A stretch of 64,000 nucleotides of DNA. Origin: the human T2T-CHM13v2.0 reference genome, Homo sapiens. Both the position numbers and the translations under genes were made by a program. This document shows, in pieces, positions 12,040 to 31,079 of the stretch. The DNA is taken from the NCBI RefSeq assembly GCF_009914755.1, contig NC_060929.1; one strand, 5' to 3'. How positions within the stretch are numbered: the stretch's first letter is position 1; every line of letters starts with the position of its first letter. Under the pieces are notes generated by a model. The model did not search any database. It had not been told where the DNA came from and saw nothing but the letters and a program-made list of their open reading frames with translations.

Positions 12040-13385
12040 AAACCTACAGTACATTCTATTTTTAGAACTTGCTTTCCTCCTCCCTTAACAGCATATTGTG
12101 AACAACTTTCTATTTCAACAAAATATTTGTAAAGGTGTAACATTGTTTTAAATATTTGTTTAGTATGCTATGGCATGATTGTATTGTCATTATTTCAGTC
12201 AATTACTTTTGGGGGACATTTAAAGGTACTTTATTATTATAATCAATGCCATAATAAATATTTAAAATTTCTTTAAAATTATTTAAAATTAACTTATGAA
12301 TAGAAGCAAAGTAGTTATAAAGTATATGTGGCATATAAAATAACAATACAGTGATTATCCATGTATAATTTATGTATAATAATTTTACTTGTTTTTGTCA
12401 TTGCTTCTTTTTGCCAAATAGTATGTGCCTGAGACTCATCAATTTTATTACATGTAACTGTAATTCATTCATTTTCACTCTGGGTATAGTATTCCAGATC
12501 TATCTCTTTATATTCTATATATTATTATAGGATAATTGCTATATTCTTTATCACTGTAGACTATATCACAATTTAGAATTTATACATTCCTCTGTTGCTA
12601 GATCTTAAAATTGTTTATAATTTTAAATTATGAACAGAGGTGCTAGAACTTTCTTGTTCATGTCTCCCAGTGCAAATATGGAAAAGATTCTATGAGAGGT
12701 TGCTCCTGGGAGTGGGGTGTCTGGTTCCTAGAGTACGGCATTTTCAGCTGTATTAAATAAAGCCAAACTGTTTCCCAAAAGAGTTGCACAAGCTTCTGCT
12801 CTCACCAGCAGTGTCTTGTGCTATTTCTTTAGGGTGGCCATCATTATTTCTGGTCCTTTGGTTTCCACATAAATTATAGAACCTGCTTGTCAAATTACAC
12901 ACACTCATTCATATACTTTCTATAACAAGTTAATACACTGTTCATTTTGGGGGAGAATAAACTCCTTTACAATACTGACCTTCTTATTAATTAATTAGCC
13001 CCTTCAACAAAGTTTCATAATTTTTTCTCCATGAGGACCTTACACATTTTAGTTATATTCATTCTTGCTTTATATTTTTGATGCCAGTAGTGGTATCAAT
13101 TTTAAATTACATTTTCTCTTTGTTACTGTTATACAGATAAGCAATTACATTTTGCATGTTGATTTTGTATTTAACAACCTTATTAAAAGATATTAGTTAT
13201 CCTAGTAATGTATTCACAGAGCATTTGGCTTTTCTACACAACCATATCATTTGTGAATAATCACAGTTTTGTTTCTCTCTTTCAAATTTTCATATTGTTT
13301 ATTTCTTTCTCTTGCCTTACTGCACTAGCTAGGACCTCCAGTGCAATATTAAATAGAAGTGAGATAGCAGGTGCTCTCATCCTGC
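12040..13385 (-). mobile_element. Old L1M fragments
   Basis: T-rich antisense L1 motifs, e.g. 'ttgccttactgcactagctaggacctccagtgcaatattaaatagaagtg'. Confidence 0.7.
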
Positions 13386-13389
13386 TCAT

Positions 13390-13505
13390 GTTTATTTTGA
13401 TATCATTTCAAACTCACAGAAAAATAGCAAGAATAGTATAAGGATCTCCTATACTTTATCTCAGATTTAGCATTTTGCCCCATTTGCTTATCATTTCTCT
13501 CTCAC

Positions 13506-13538
<33 letters not shown>

Positions 13539-14420
13539 GAGACACACACATATATAGTGTGTGTGTATCTATATGTACACACATATATATATAAATATAT
13601 AGGCATACATGTATATATTTATACATATATAAACACAGTACATACATGTATTTTGGGGGGAACCATTTGAGAACAAGCTAAAGCCCCATGTGCCTTTAAT
13701 CCTAAAGCGTATATTTCCTGAGGTCAACACAGCCTCCTACAGTATAACTGTAGAAATCAGCATTGTTATGATGCTTTTACCTAATCCACAGTCCGTATTC
13801 AATTTTTGTCAATTATCCCAATAATGTCTTTATATCTATTTTTTTTTTCCTAGTCCAGGTTCGAACCCAGGATCACAGATTGCATTTAGTTGTTATGTCT
13901 CTTTAGTCTCATTTTATCTGGAACAGTTCCTCAGCCTTTCTGTCTCTTGACCTTAATATTTTTGAAGGGTACAGGCAAGTTATTTTGTAGAATGTCCCTC
14001 AACATGGATTTGTTTGATGTTTCCTCCTAAGATTCAAGTTATAAATTTTTCACAGGAATACCAAAGAATTGACACTTTGTCCTTCTTAGTATATCACATC
14101 AAGAGGCATATGATGTTGATTCATCCCAATATTGGTGATGCTAGCTTTAATTGCTTGGTTAAGGTTATATCCACCTTTTGTAATTAAAAAGTAATGTGTG
14201 GAGAAACACTTGCAGAATATGTAAATATTCTGTTCCTCATCAAACTTTGACTGTTGGTTTTCCGTATCTGCTGAGACTTTTTTTTTTTAACTCCATCTTT
14301 CCTTCTATATTTCTTATCTGGCATTCTACCAGGAAGAGCTTTCCTTTATGTCCATCTACTTATTTATTCATTTATGTATGTAGGGACTCATGCACTCCTA
14401 TTTTATTCAGTGTGTTATAA
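13390..14420 (-). mobile_element. L1MC-type 3' region, part 1 (contains a TA/CA low-complexity tract at 13500-13650)
   Basis: 'tttcaaactcacagaaaaatagcaagaatagta', 'caggatcacagattgcatttagttgttatgtctctttagtctc'. Confidence 0.7.
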
Positions 14421-17346
14421 TTATTTTCCAGTTATGTTTTGTTGTGTAACCATTCAAAAGCCTGGGAGTTTGACACAACACTTATTTTATTATCTTTCAT
14501 GGTTTCTGTGGGTTGGGAATTTGGGATGGACTCAGCTAAGTGATTCTGGCTCTGGGTCCCTCATGTGGTTAGAGTCAGACAACAGCCAGAGCTGGGAGAG
14601 CGGGGGGCTAGCCAGCTGGGGGCTTGTTGAGCGTCTCTCTTTCTCTTCGTGTGGCCTCAGAGCATCTCCACGTGGTCTCTACATGTTGGCTCACTTGGGC
14701 TCCTTCACAAGATGGTAACCTCAGGGCACTGTTTATATGGTGGTTCGGGGATCCACCGTGAGCAATCTAGCCGGCAAGGTGATGATTTGTCATTTGTATG
14801 ACAAAGCTTTAGAAGTCATATAGAATCACATCTGCCACAGTTACAACCTGCCCAGATTCAAGAGGGGAAATAGATCCCATCTCTACATGGAAGAAAGGTC
14901 AAATTCATGTTATAAGGATATGCGTGATGAGAGATATTGCTGCTGCCATCTTTGGAAAATCAATCTGCTATGATCCACCCTCTGGCCACAATTCACATCC
15001 CTCCCATATGCAATAATCCTCTCTCTAATATCCCCAAATCTATTAGTGCAGCAGCACAAAATCCAGGATCGAAATCAGGTTATCTGTTATCTAAATCAGG
15101 TCCAGGTTCAGACAAGACTTCTCATGTGAGGTTCCTAGGATTCAGCTCCTCGCACACCATTCCTCTGAATCTGAAGACCTGTAAACACTCACTCCACAGG
15201 CCCATGCATAACAGTGGGGCGGCACAGGACAACTTCTACAGATATTTTCATTTAAAAAGGGAGAAAATGTGAGGCACACATCAGGTGCTGATGCATAGCA
15301 GTTCTGCAATTTAGCCAGTACTTGTTTCTAGTCCCTTGATTAGGGCTCCGGTCGACTCCAGGAATAATTCTCCAGGGCTCTTGGCTCCACCCTTTTGAGT
15401 CTTTCTTCCTTTCCATACAAAGTAACCCATGTTAAGTAGTTTTCTCAGCCTGCTTCCTTCTTGTAGAAGTTAGGACATTCAGGGACCTCTTCATTTTGCA
15501 CTGTCTCTATCACTTACAGTTTAAGCTTGTATAATTTTTGAAAAAACAAACTTGCATTCTTTTAGTGTATCAGTTTACAATGTACTCTGTGGTGATTAGT
15601 GTGTCATCTTGGCTGGGTCATAGAGCCCAAATATTTCATCAAACATTTTACTGGATGTTTCTGTGAAGGTTTTTTTTTTTTCTTTGATGAGGTAAACATT
15701 TTAATAGCGACACTTTGAGTAAAGCAGATTATCTTCCATAGTGTGGGTGAGTCTCATCCAATCAGTTGAAGGCCTTAATAGAACAAAAATGGACCTCCCC
15801 CAAGCAAGAAGGAATTCTGCTAGCAGACATGGCCTTTAGATTCAAACTGCAACCCTTCCCTGGGTCTCCAGCCTGCCAGCTTACCCCATCAGATTCTGGA
15901 TTTGCCAAGCCTCCACAATTGCAAGAGATAATTCCTTAAAATAAACACATTTTTAAACACACACATACACACACACACACACACGCACTCATTCATTCTC
16001 TCTCTCTCTCTGTTGATTCTGTTTCTGCAGAGAACCCTAATACATACTTTTTCCAAGAAAAGCCAAACTCACAAATCTCTTCAAGATAAACCCTACCATT
16101 TCCTGGGCTCCCTATGGGACAATGCTCTTAAGATGCTAGAAGCCCTGTTGTTCAGCAGCAAGGCACACCTTAAGATCTGTAAAAGTCCTCCTTTTTTTCC
16201 TGGATGGAAGAGTCTATGATACCTTGAATATTTCTGAGGTTTTTAACAAAGAACCTTATAGGTACCCCTCATGGATTTTCTTTTTGACCTGAAATCTTTT
16301 CTTAATTTGACAACTTTTCACCACCTTTGAGAGGCTGGAAATGGAACAAGTTTGACTTTCAAGCCTGGTGAGTCTTGGCTCCTTTATATTTAACAGTTTG
16401 TCCTCCAGCTCACCTCTCCCTCTCATGTTTTAACATAGGCAAAAAAAAAAAAAAAAAAAAGAAAGAAAAAAACAAACAAAAAAACTAATCTGGTGGTACT
16501 TTCTAAGTTCTGTCTGATAGCCTCTTTAGTGGAATCATCAAGTTTATTTAGCATATTTCCTATCTTACTGCATTACCAGAGGTGACAATATTATTAAACC
16601 ACCCACTACCCCACATCCAGGGTTCTTCCATCCAACTTCTTGGAACATTTTCCTCCCTTGACTTTAAGTGCCCACTGAGAGCCTCCTCAGGACTCTGCCA
16701 GCCCGCTCTCACAGCCCCTGCAAGCTTTCACCAGCAGTCTCAATGCCTCCTGCCACCAAAACCAAAGTCAGGTGTTTTGAGGTTTTGTCATGGTGTCATC
16801 TCATATTTTTGTCCCCAATCTATTATGATTACCTATTGCTATGCAAAGAATTGCCACAAAACGTAGTGACTTAAAACAACAACAAGCGTTGCATTATTTC
16901 TCGATATTTCTGTAGGTCAGATATCTGGGGAGGGTTCAGCCAGGTGGATTCAGCTCAGAAGCCTCTCACACAGTTGTTGTCAGATGGTAGCTGAAGCTGT
17001 TGGGGGCTGATGTGGCATTCTTCTCTTTTCAGGCTGTCTCAGGCTCTTTCCATGTGGTTCTTCCACATGGACTAGTTTGCACAGGGACCTCAGGACAGTT
17101 AGACAGTTGACATGGTGGCTTAGGCTCCAGCATGAGTGTTCCAGCCAGCATGGTGGAAGCTACCCTGTCATCTACGATTTGGCCTCGAAGTCCTACAGCA
17201 TCACTTCCACAAAAGTCCCCAGGTTCAAGACGAGGGGACATAGACCCTGCCTCTCAACAAGAGGAGGGTCAAAGACACATTGTAAGAAGAATATGTGAAA
17301 TGGAAGATACTGTTGTGGCTAGCTTTGAAACATACAATATGCCACA
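14421..17346 (-). mobile_element. Two-LTR MaLR element (MLT1G/H-like): LTRs about 14421-14972 and 16821-17346 with internal region
   Basis: Homologous LTRs ending 'ctttggaaaatcaatctgctatg' and 'ctttgaaacatacaatatgccaca'; the host L1MC rejoins across the element. Confidence 0.75.
15588..16044 (+). mobile_element. MLT2B-like (ERVL) solo LTR
   Basis: 'tgagtaaagcagattatcttccatagtgtgggtgagtctcatccaatcagttgaaggccttaatagaacaaaa'; end 'agaaccctaataca'; flanks tactc/tactt. Confidence 0.8.
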
Positions 17347-17347
17347 A

Positions 17348-17830
17348 ATCCATTAACATGTTTTTTTCTTTTTAAAGCTCAAATTGTCCAGATGTGGCCA
17401 GCATGAGTCCTTTAAGTTGACTATTGTATCGTTTTGACAAGTCCCCATGATGTTTTGAGCGCTGCTTTATTTTTCTGACACCAAATAACCTTCCAGATTC
17501 ATTGTATACTTTTTCTGCTCCATTTCCCCACTTCTCAAGGAAGCTTAGTTCCCTTCAGTGGAAAACCTGGCTGCTAGGGGTGTACATTGCTACTGGAGTA
17601 TCACTGCTTCTGTGCCTTCTCAGCACACAGAGCTAGAGAATGTTACAGACACACACACACACACACACACACTCTTAACTTTAAGCAATACTTAACTGAT
17701 ACTTCCAACTCCCATCTGAAAACAAATGTACCATTCTAGACTTCCCACTTTCCATATCTGTAAAACCCTTTCCTAACAGTGAAAAACCTTGCTCGCATTA
17801 TATACTAAATACATTTATTATTTGCTACTG
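17348..17830 (-). mobile_element. L1MC-type 3' region, part 2
   Basis: 'gctcaaattgtccagatgtggccagc...ttttgacaagtcccc' continues the sequence interrupted at 14420. Confidence 0.65.
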
Positions 17831-17849
17831 GTTTAAAAAAAATGGTGTT

Positions 17850-20110
<2,261 letters not shown>

Positions 20111-20919
20111 CTGAGGAAACATTGGCAACTTATGGTTCTGGCTTCAATAAAATAGCTGTTGTTTGACTTAAAAATCACTGTACAGCTGGACTAGAACAGT
20201 AAAACAATTCTTTCTAGGCCCTGGAGGCAGGCATCATGTGCTGCTATTCTTGAAAGAAAGAAAACACACGAGATGAGCACCACACTCACCCCCGTTTTCT
20301 TCCTGAGGGTAGTTTTTAATGGGTTCACGGCCCAAACCTTGTCACAGGGAAATGGAGCTCAAGTAGAGAGCAGCAGTCTTACTAGGCAGAAGAAAAAGAT
20401 GTCAAAGTCTGAGATTTCTGAGACTGGAATTGAGCTCAGGATAAGAGCAACTTACAGAAAAGGAGCCCCAAAAGCCTGAATAGGGTTTCTCTTTGGTCCC
20501 GGACTAAATCCTAAGCTGTAGGAACAGCAGCAAGATTTCAGGGGCCTGGAAATATTTGGGGAGCTAAGAGCTCAAAAGAGATTTTACAGGTTGTATAGCA
20601 CTGAGTAGGTGAAATTCTGGCCCAGTCAAAGTATAGAGAGCTTGGTAAATACTCTGAGCTTTTGGGCAGTGGAGACCCAGTGGTATAATAAAGAATTTGA
20701 CTGGTATTTGTCCCTGGTTTCTGAAAGGGAGAAAATCCTTGGAGTAATAGGAGTATCTTTATTATTTATCACACCTTATATCACACCCTTATATCACACC
20801 TGAGTTTACATTAAGAGATGAGATGGCTCAGGACAGGGGCTGGTCACCAGAAATATCAACCATGTGAGTAGAGGGTTAGGTCTTAGAGCTAGCCTGACTT
20901 CTGGACAAAAAGAGCTCCC

Positions 20920-23600
<2,681 letters not shown>

Positions 23601-24624
23601 AGAGGGGAAGCTGGATTACATGGCCAATCATTAAAGTTACCCGGCCAATCATTAAAGTGATAATACCTACAAAATAAAATCCCAATAAAAGCCCTGGACA
23701 CCTAAGCTCAGAAGAGTTTCCTGGTTGGTGAACACACTGATGTGCCAGGAGAACAATGTAGCCTGATTTCATGGGAAGTGGGCATGGAAGCTCTGCATTT
23801 AGGACCCTCCCAGACCTTGCTCTATGTATTTCTTCATTTGGCTTCATCTGTGTCATTTACAATAAAATGGTAGTCAAAAATATAGAACTTTTCTGAGTTC
23901 TGTGAGTCACTCTATGAATTATCAAACCTAAGGGTGTCATGGAAAGGATTTATGGTCAGTGTTTATAGTCAAGAATTTATAGTCAGTAGGTCAGAAATGC
24001 AGGTGACTTGGGGGAACCCTGAACCTATGGTTAGCGTTTGAAGTGAGAGCAGTCTTATAGAGGACTGAGTCCTTAACTTAGGGTGTCTGCTAACTCCAGG
24101 GGGTTAGTGGCAGAAATGAATTGCAGCATACTAGTTGATATTCAGACTACACAAAAAGGCTTTGTCCTATGGGTAAGAATCATATCCTAGGAATAAGGCC
24201 TATACATTACAACTGAGGGAGAAACCAAAAAAAAATCTCCTAACAAAGTCTAAACATGAACAGCAAAAAATGGTAACCTGTAATCATGAGATAAAATCAT
24301 CAGTTGAGGTAGACCTAGAGATACTAACACTACTGGCATTAGCAGACAGAGGACTTCAAAATTACTATCATCTGTGTGGCAAAGAAAAGAAAGAGTAGCT
24401 CAACGGAGAACTGGAACCCATAAGACAGAATCAAAAGGATCTAGAACTGTAAAATATTATATTGAATTTTAAGAATTCACTGGCTAGAATTAACATAAAA
24501 AAACTCTGAAGAAAAGGTTAATGAACTCAAAGGTAGATTGAAGCTTGAAGGGGGAAAAAAGAAGGGAAAAAACAGAAAATAAGAGTAAGAGTGTTGTGGA
24601 ACATGGTTAATAGGTCTAAAATTC

Positions 24625-25400
24625 TAGATTGACCAATGTTTTCTCTTAGCATATTAAAGATATTCCAATGCTTTCTGATTTCTACTGGGAAATAAACTAT
24701 AAGTCTCTCATAAGTAATCTGTTTTTTCTCTCTAGCTACTTTGAGGGTTATCATTTTGTCCTTAGTATTCTGCAAGTTTTTGTTGTAGATAGCCTTATGT
24801 TTCTTTTTGTTTATCCTATTTGGGATTTACTGGGCTTCCTGTATCTGAGGATAGCTGTCTTCCTTTAGTTTTGCAAACTTTTTTCAACCATTATCCCTTC
24901 CAATATTACTCTTCCTGTTTTCTCTCTTTAACCCCAATTACAAATGACTGAGTCCTCCTTATCCTAGTCTCCTTGCCTCCTAACCTTGATAGCTTTGTCT
25001 CCTCCTTGCATTCTGGTTACATTTTCAGATGTATCTTCCAGTTCTCTTCAGTTATGCCCTGTTTGCTCTGAAGTCTATCCTTTGATTTTTAAAATTTCAA
25101 TTACCTTTTTTAATTTCTAGAAATTCTATTTGGTTATTTTTCAAATAATCAAGATAGTTTCTATAGGTTTATTCTTTGTTTATATTTTCAGCTCCCTTTT
25201 TATTGCTTATAACACAGCATGCACAGTTTTTTAAATGTTAATTCTATTATCTGGTCTTCATAGTTCCTTTCTGCTGGCTCTTCTTTTGGTGTTTTGCATC
25301 CTTTCATTTTTACAAATTTTAACTGGGAGCTCATATTCCTTGGATGGAAAACTGTCAAAATTATTTGAGGCCAATACTGAAGAAGAGTTCTTTTACATAG
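24625..25400 (-). mobile_element. Old L1M ORF1-region remnant
   Basis: 'ttttctcttagcatattaaagatattcca', 'tttaatttctagaaattctatttggtt'. Confidence 0.6.
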
Positions 25401-26229
25401 GATTTGTGTTTGCTCTACCATGTACCTAGGAACACTATCAACCAGGACTGTTTCAAGCAAAATTCTTGGCTGAGGCTTTCTCAGACTAGTCTGTTATATG
25501 AATTCTACTGAAAGCTTAGCTTGTGGTTCCTGTTCTCAGAGGAAACATTTTGGCTCCCACTCAGCATCAAGGTTTAAGGCAGGCAATTTTCTTCACACAT
25601 CCTTGAGAGAAGACAGGGCATGTTTATTTTTATTTCATCCTTACACTAGAGAGGTAGCCTACTGGGGTCTGTTGGGGTCTCAGCTTTTATGTAGAGGAGG
25701 TTTTCTAACAGACTGATCTGCCCTAGGCTTGACTCCTGTCCCCATATCTCTTGAGGTCGTAACAATCAGAGCTCAAGGTCACCTGCATTGGGCAAATACT
25801 CTCAAAGCAAAAGTCTGCTTTAGAACCCAACTTTCTCTGAGTTTTTGGCCTCTTATGAATCTTTAGTTCCTGCTTTCTCACTGAGGTATTTAAAGGATTG
25901 CTTAAATGTTTTATCCATTATTTAAAATTGTTTTAAGTGGGAGAGTCAGCTAAGTTATCTAGCCTCCCATATAGCCAGAAACAATAAGCTGCATAAATAG
26001 TTCTAAAATTTTCATGTTATTAGTATCTACTCTTTCTGAAATGGTGGATAAATGTGATTACTCAGTTTTGAGGAAAGAAAATAAATTGGTCCAGTTAAAT
26101 CCAAGGCTTTCTAACCCAATGCATTTCAGTAAGTATTCACCAAAGACATCCTAGTCCCCCATACTACAGGCCCACTTAGAATTAGAAGTCACAACCCCAG
26201 GCAACCCCAGCCCCAACTGTGGGTGAATA

Positions 26230-26440
26230 ATAGCTAACAATGATGGCTAATATAGAGCCTACTCAGAAGGTGGGCCAGTGCTATGCTAAGCTTTTTAATA
26301 TGCATTTAATCCATACAACTGCCATAGGAGGTAGACAGAACTATCACCACTATTTTAGATGTGAGAAAACCAAAGCACAGAAGTTTAAATAACTTGTTCA
26401 AAGTAATATAACCAGTACATTGGATCATACTCAGAATGTC
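26230..26440 (-). mobile_element. MIR SINE
   Basis: 'aataatagctaaca...tttaatccatacaactgccataggaggtag...attttagatgtgagaaaacc...taacttgttcaaag'. Confidence 0.65.
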
Positions 26441-27947
26441 TGGCTGTATAATTTTGAAAAACTACACTGAATAGTTAGAGAACACAGAAGGAGACAACTC
26501 TCAACTCAATGAGATCATATGAGTAATAAGAGTAGGATAAAGTCCCAATGTAATGGTGGCTGGAAATGTTATAGAAAGCCAACTTTTAGGTAGAATGGAG
26601 TTTGGCTTCTTTTCACTGTATGAGCGATGATTTTCTTGTCCTTTATATAGTGTGCCATATTATGTGGTCATTGTACACTTACGATGCCTGCCCCAAGCTG
26701 GAAAGACTCATCTTGCTCCTCTCCTCCTTTAGGGAGGGAGGTTAGAGTTTCCATGCAGACCCTGTTAATCCAACTTTCTTACTATTACTTAGAACATGTT
26801 TCTAATAAACCTCCTGGGATTCATATAAGTTCTTTCATAGCAGTCAAGCAATTGGGAATGAACCATCCTAAAGACAACGGGCGAGCCACTCAAAGCAACC
26901 AACAATACCACCAGCTTTGTTTGCCTGGGTCTTGCCTCTGTTTACGATACTTGGGGGAACAGCAAGTGTGGGAGGGAGGATAAATCACAAGATAGCTTTT
27001 ATAAAATGACTAATAAAGAAATAATGGGAACCCAATAACGACCAATTACAGAGGCAAGAGAAATAATAAAAATAATAAAGCAGAAAATGTACAAAGCAAA
27101 CAATTAAGACTATTTTATCAAAACAATACTGCGACTCAGAAAGCATTAATTCTCACTGCACAAGGGCAGTAACTGTTTATCATCTGAATTTTGTACATTA
27201 AGAAAATGACACCAAGGGAGTTAATAAGTTCCTCCAAGCTCTAGAACACTTCGGAGCCCGGATTAAAAGTTAGCCATGCTCATGCTCCGCTGAGATGTCA
27301 TCTCTCATTAAAGTCTAAATCAGCTCAGAGAACACACCACATTTATTATTTTTTATAAAATCGTGTGATTCTGGAGGAGCCAACAGTATCTTTGGGATAA
27401 ACACACTGATTAAAAACATACTTTTAAAATGTCTCTTTTTCTAACCCAGTGGACCAAATATATAAATTAGAGCTATTCTGGTCTACTGAGTACTGTAAAT
27501 GTATATTTAGATGTAACAAAATATCAGTTGGAAATATCTTTGGAAAGTAATTACTCTGCAATATACGCGGAATGTCTTAAATGCTTAAAGCAATTGCCTC
27601 ATTTTAAAGACATAACTTACATAGAGAGGCACAAATATTAATTACCAAGCTTGAACCTTGCTTGTAAATTTACTGCCTAGAGTGAATATTTATAGATTAA
27701 GGCACAAATATCAAAAAATAAGATAGAATGATGGAAGATTTAACTGCCTAAAGCAAGGACCCACTTCTAGACACCAGCATCATTAGAGACATTCAAGGAG
27801 GGCTGAGGAGGTAAAGGGTTGCTTCAGCCTTTACTCTAATTTTCCCCACCTTCCCTCCTGCCCTCCACTTTCCTCTCTCCCCCATCTCCTTACTGACATC
27901 TGACTCTACTGGTCCATAATTAACAAGTTCTATACCTTAGTACAAAA

Positions 27948-28397
27948 CAGGGATTGAAAACTCAAATGTCTATGGAGGCCACACAAGTAATTTAAGGAGC
28001 ATGGGTCTTCTGGAATTTCTACTTGGTCATATTTATTCTACAGAACTGTATCTAACACACTTAGTCTCGCTATGAGGAATGCACTAGGGAGTGGTGAGGA
28101 CTGTGGAAAAGCAGGAGAGCATGTATTCCCTTCAGAGACACGGCTGCTCTCACCCAAGCCTGTTGCTGCCATGAGGTCATGTGGGCCCAGGGTTATCAAA
28201 GCATTTTGCTTTCCAAGATCATCTGTATATTTGGATATTTGAATCTGTTGGTAAAATGCCCTTATTTTCAAACGATGGCAACTCATTCATATTGAAATAT
28301 TTTTATGTTTACAAAAAACCTCTGCAGGCCAAGATGGTATAAATCAAAATATGGCTGCAGGCTGAATCTGGCCCACGAGCCACCAGTTTGAGACCTG
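27948..28397 (-). mobile_element. MER102-like hAT-Charlie DNA transposon
   Basis: Termini 'cagggattgaaaactcaaatg' and 'ccaccagtttgagacctg'; internal 'tagggagtggtgaggactgtgg'. Confidence 0.7.
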
Positions 28398-28824
28398 TCA
28401 TATGAAACAAATATGGAACAGAAATCGGGCTCAAGGGTCTTAGGAGAAACCTGTCTTACTTTTCTTATGAAGAGGCAGACAGGCTTGGTGAGTTTCCAGG
28501 TAGGAGATGATGTGGCTCAACGAAAGTTCAGCTGTTCTTTCAGGACCCAACGTGACTTTGGGGGTATTCATAAAGAAACAGGGGATGAAGCCCTAACAGT
28601 GGGTGTTCTAAGAATTAGCAGCAGATAGGAGAGATATATGTGTGCAAGTCTTTTCTGGACACTTGCACATGGTAGAAGAGCCACAGAATTCTCAACTGTA
28701 GGGTTCAGGGCAAGCGACCTCTGGGTAAAGTCTCCTGGTCCTGCGGTTCCCTGTGCTCCAACTGCAGCGGCTACTTAGTCTCTTGCCATCAGGTCTCTGG
28801 GCCTGGAAAACGTAACTCTCCCTC

Positions 28825-28843
28825 TGACCTCCAGGGGGCGCGG
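28825..28843 (+). promoter_or_regulatory. Candidate CTCF binding site
   Basis: TGACCTCCAGGGGGCGCGG versus consensus TGGCCACCAGGGGGCGCTA; lies in a local CpG cluster. Confidence 0.6.
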
Positions 28844-31079
28844 GAGAGAGGGTGAGTCCCGCGGTACCCGGAACCCACAGTCTGTATCAAGAGGGAGGAA
28901 GCCTAGGCTTGTCCAAGACTAATAGCCTGGACCAGCATCTTCCCCTCTTTTCCGAGGCATGGCAGCATCTTCTCAGTGTCTTGTCTCGGACGTTTCTTTT
29001 CCATTTCCCTCTGTCCTCCACATGTTCCCCTCCCATCAAGCACAGCTATGGATGCGCCTGCTCTTCCTAAGCTTTTCAAGGACTGTCCATTTAGAAGTGA
29101 CCTTGCAGACTTGCCTTAGAGCTGAGAGTCCTCAGGACAAGGGTCCTAGCAAAGCTACAGTAGCAAGACACAGGGACATCCCACCACAAAGGAATGAATA
29201 TTTAGGTACAGTGAGGTCAATAAATAAGTCACCAACTTACTGAAACGCCCAGCAAACCAAATCACAAATCCTTTCAAAGCTGTGTCTTCTCATTTCTAAA
29301 ACAGAATATCACACTATCTGGCTACATTGGACTATTGTGAGTGTTAAAATAAGTGAACTTAGCATAGCATATGGCATATGGTGGAGGCTTTAATAACAAC
29401 AGTTGTCATCATGTGCCCCCTCCCATATAATCTCCGATCCCCTAAGGCAGGAAAACAAAACACTTAGAAATAACTTAAACGAAAGTCAAAACATAGAACT
29501 TAACTAGAAAACTCAGTTAGCCAGGACCCCCATCACTAGGATATGGCGGCTAAGTCTCTGGGATATGTTGGACACTGTGCCACCCTACAGAGAAGGGAGA
29601 ACCTGGACTCAGGGGTGGGAGGCAAGGAAAGGAAGCAAGAAAAACAACCCAGAGAGCCCTGAGAACTAAGAGCGCTGGCTTAGAGCCCCAAATCCCTCCT
29701 CTGCTACTCACTAGCCCCCTGGGACCTCAGGCACGTCACTGTACCTGTTCAAGCCTACCTCATCTATACAAATAAGGGGTGACCCTGTGGGGCCTTTGAT
29801 CTGGAGTTGGATCATTTGGATGATTCCATGAATGGTAGAGACTAGAAGCAAGCCCGACCTTGCAAGGAGGGAATGGTCACCGCCATGCCCAGCATTCAGG
29901 CAGGCTGCTTGGTGGACAGAGTGCAGTCGTGAAGACTGGCTACGCAGCTGACCTTTGGGAAATCCAGACAGAGAGCCTGGGGAGATGGGGAGGAGGTGCC
30001 TGGACCACAGTGGTGGGCACATCTAGTGCTCTCTCAAGTCATCTACATGGGCCTCTGCTGCGGGTAGCATGTTTCTCGCTATATTTCAAATGTCTCTGAT
30101 CCATGACACTCGCGTCCTAATGGATCCTGCTGTCAGCAATGGATGAGCATTGAGCTAATAGATGTCAAACAGCATTTACATTTCTGAAATGGCTTCATCT
30201 GCTCCCTCTCCCAGGACTCTCCAAAGTGAAATTTGAAATGTGGACAGACGGGTCAGCTCTGGACAGCTCCACTTCCAGAATTCTCGTGGGCAAGAAACAA
30301 TTATTTATTTTTTCCTAAACAGACAGACAGTGCTGAGCTTATTCAACAACAACAAGCTGCTTTTCAACCTTGTCTTCTTGGAAAGGCATGCAATTTCCTA
30401 AGAGGCACATGGAAATATCTGTCACCTTGTAGTTTAAATAGCATTCATTCATTCATTCAAAGCACACTCACAATGAATTATCTTGTTCATTAGAAATTCT
30501 GCAGAAGACCAGTGAGAGGTTTGGATTGGAGAGAGCATGGGGGAGTTTAGCATCTGCGATGCGGTACGAGAATCAAACCGCGCTGCTAGATTCACCCAAG
30601 CACCCTCTGCATATTGACGGCAGGGTCAGAATGGTATTCTCAGTCTGGGTTTCAGTAGCAGGGACATCTGTAGCTATCAGAAAATGCTGCAGAATCATCT
30701 GTCTAGGGACCATCTGTATTTGGGGGTTATTCCAATGTAGCACCTGACACATGATAATGAATGGATTTTTCTGGCTCTCTCTGGCTCTATTTTAAACTGT
30801 CATCATTTTAAACCATGAAATATGTCAAGTGATAATTAAACCTCACCACAGACAGGTACTGTGAAAATGATTAACTTTTACCATTTCCTCCATACACATT
30901 TTGAATATTTTGAATACCCCAGGTATGGGATCATTACATTGACAGATGAGAGAAGTCATCTTTACAATAATTTATTTTTAAAAGAACCAAAACAGGACTG
31001 AAAATTCTGTGTTTTCCCATTGGGTCTTAATTTGAAAACTTCTGCCATAAACTCTTATTTTCAGAGGAAGCCTTGGTGG

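Noticed and set aside
16440-16485. Orphan poly-A tract
   Set aside because: No element body or TSD identifiable; treated as simple sequence.
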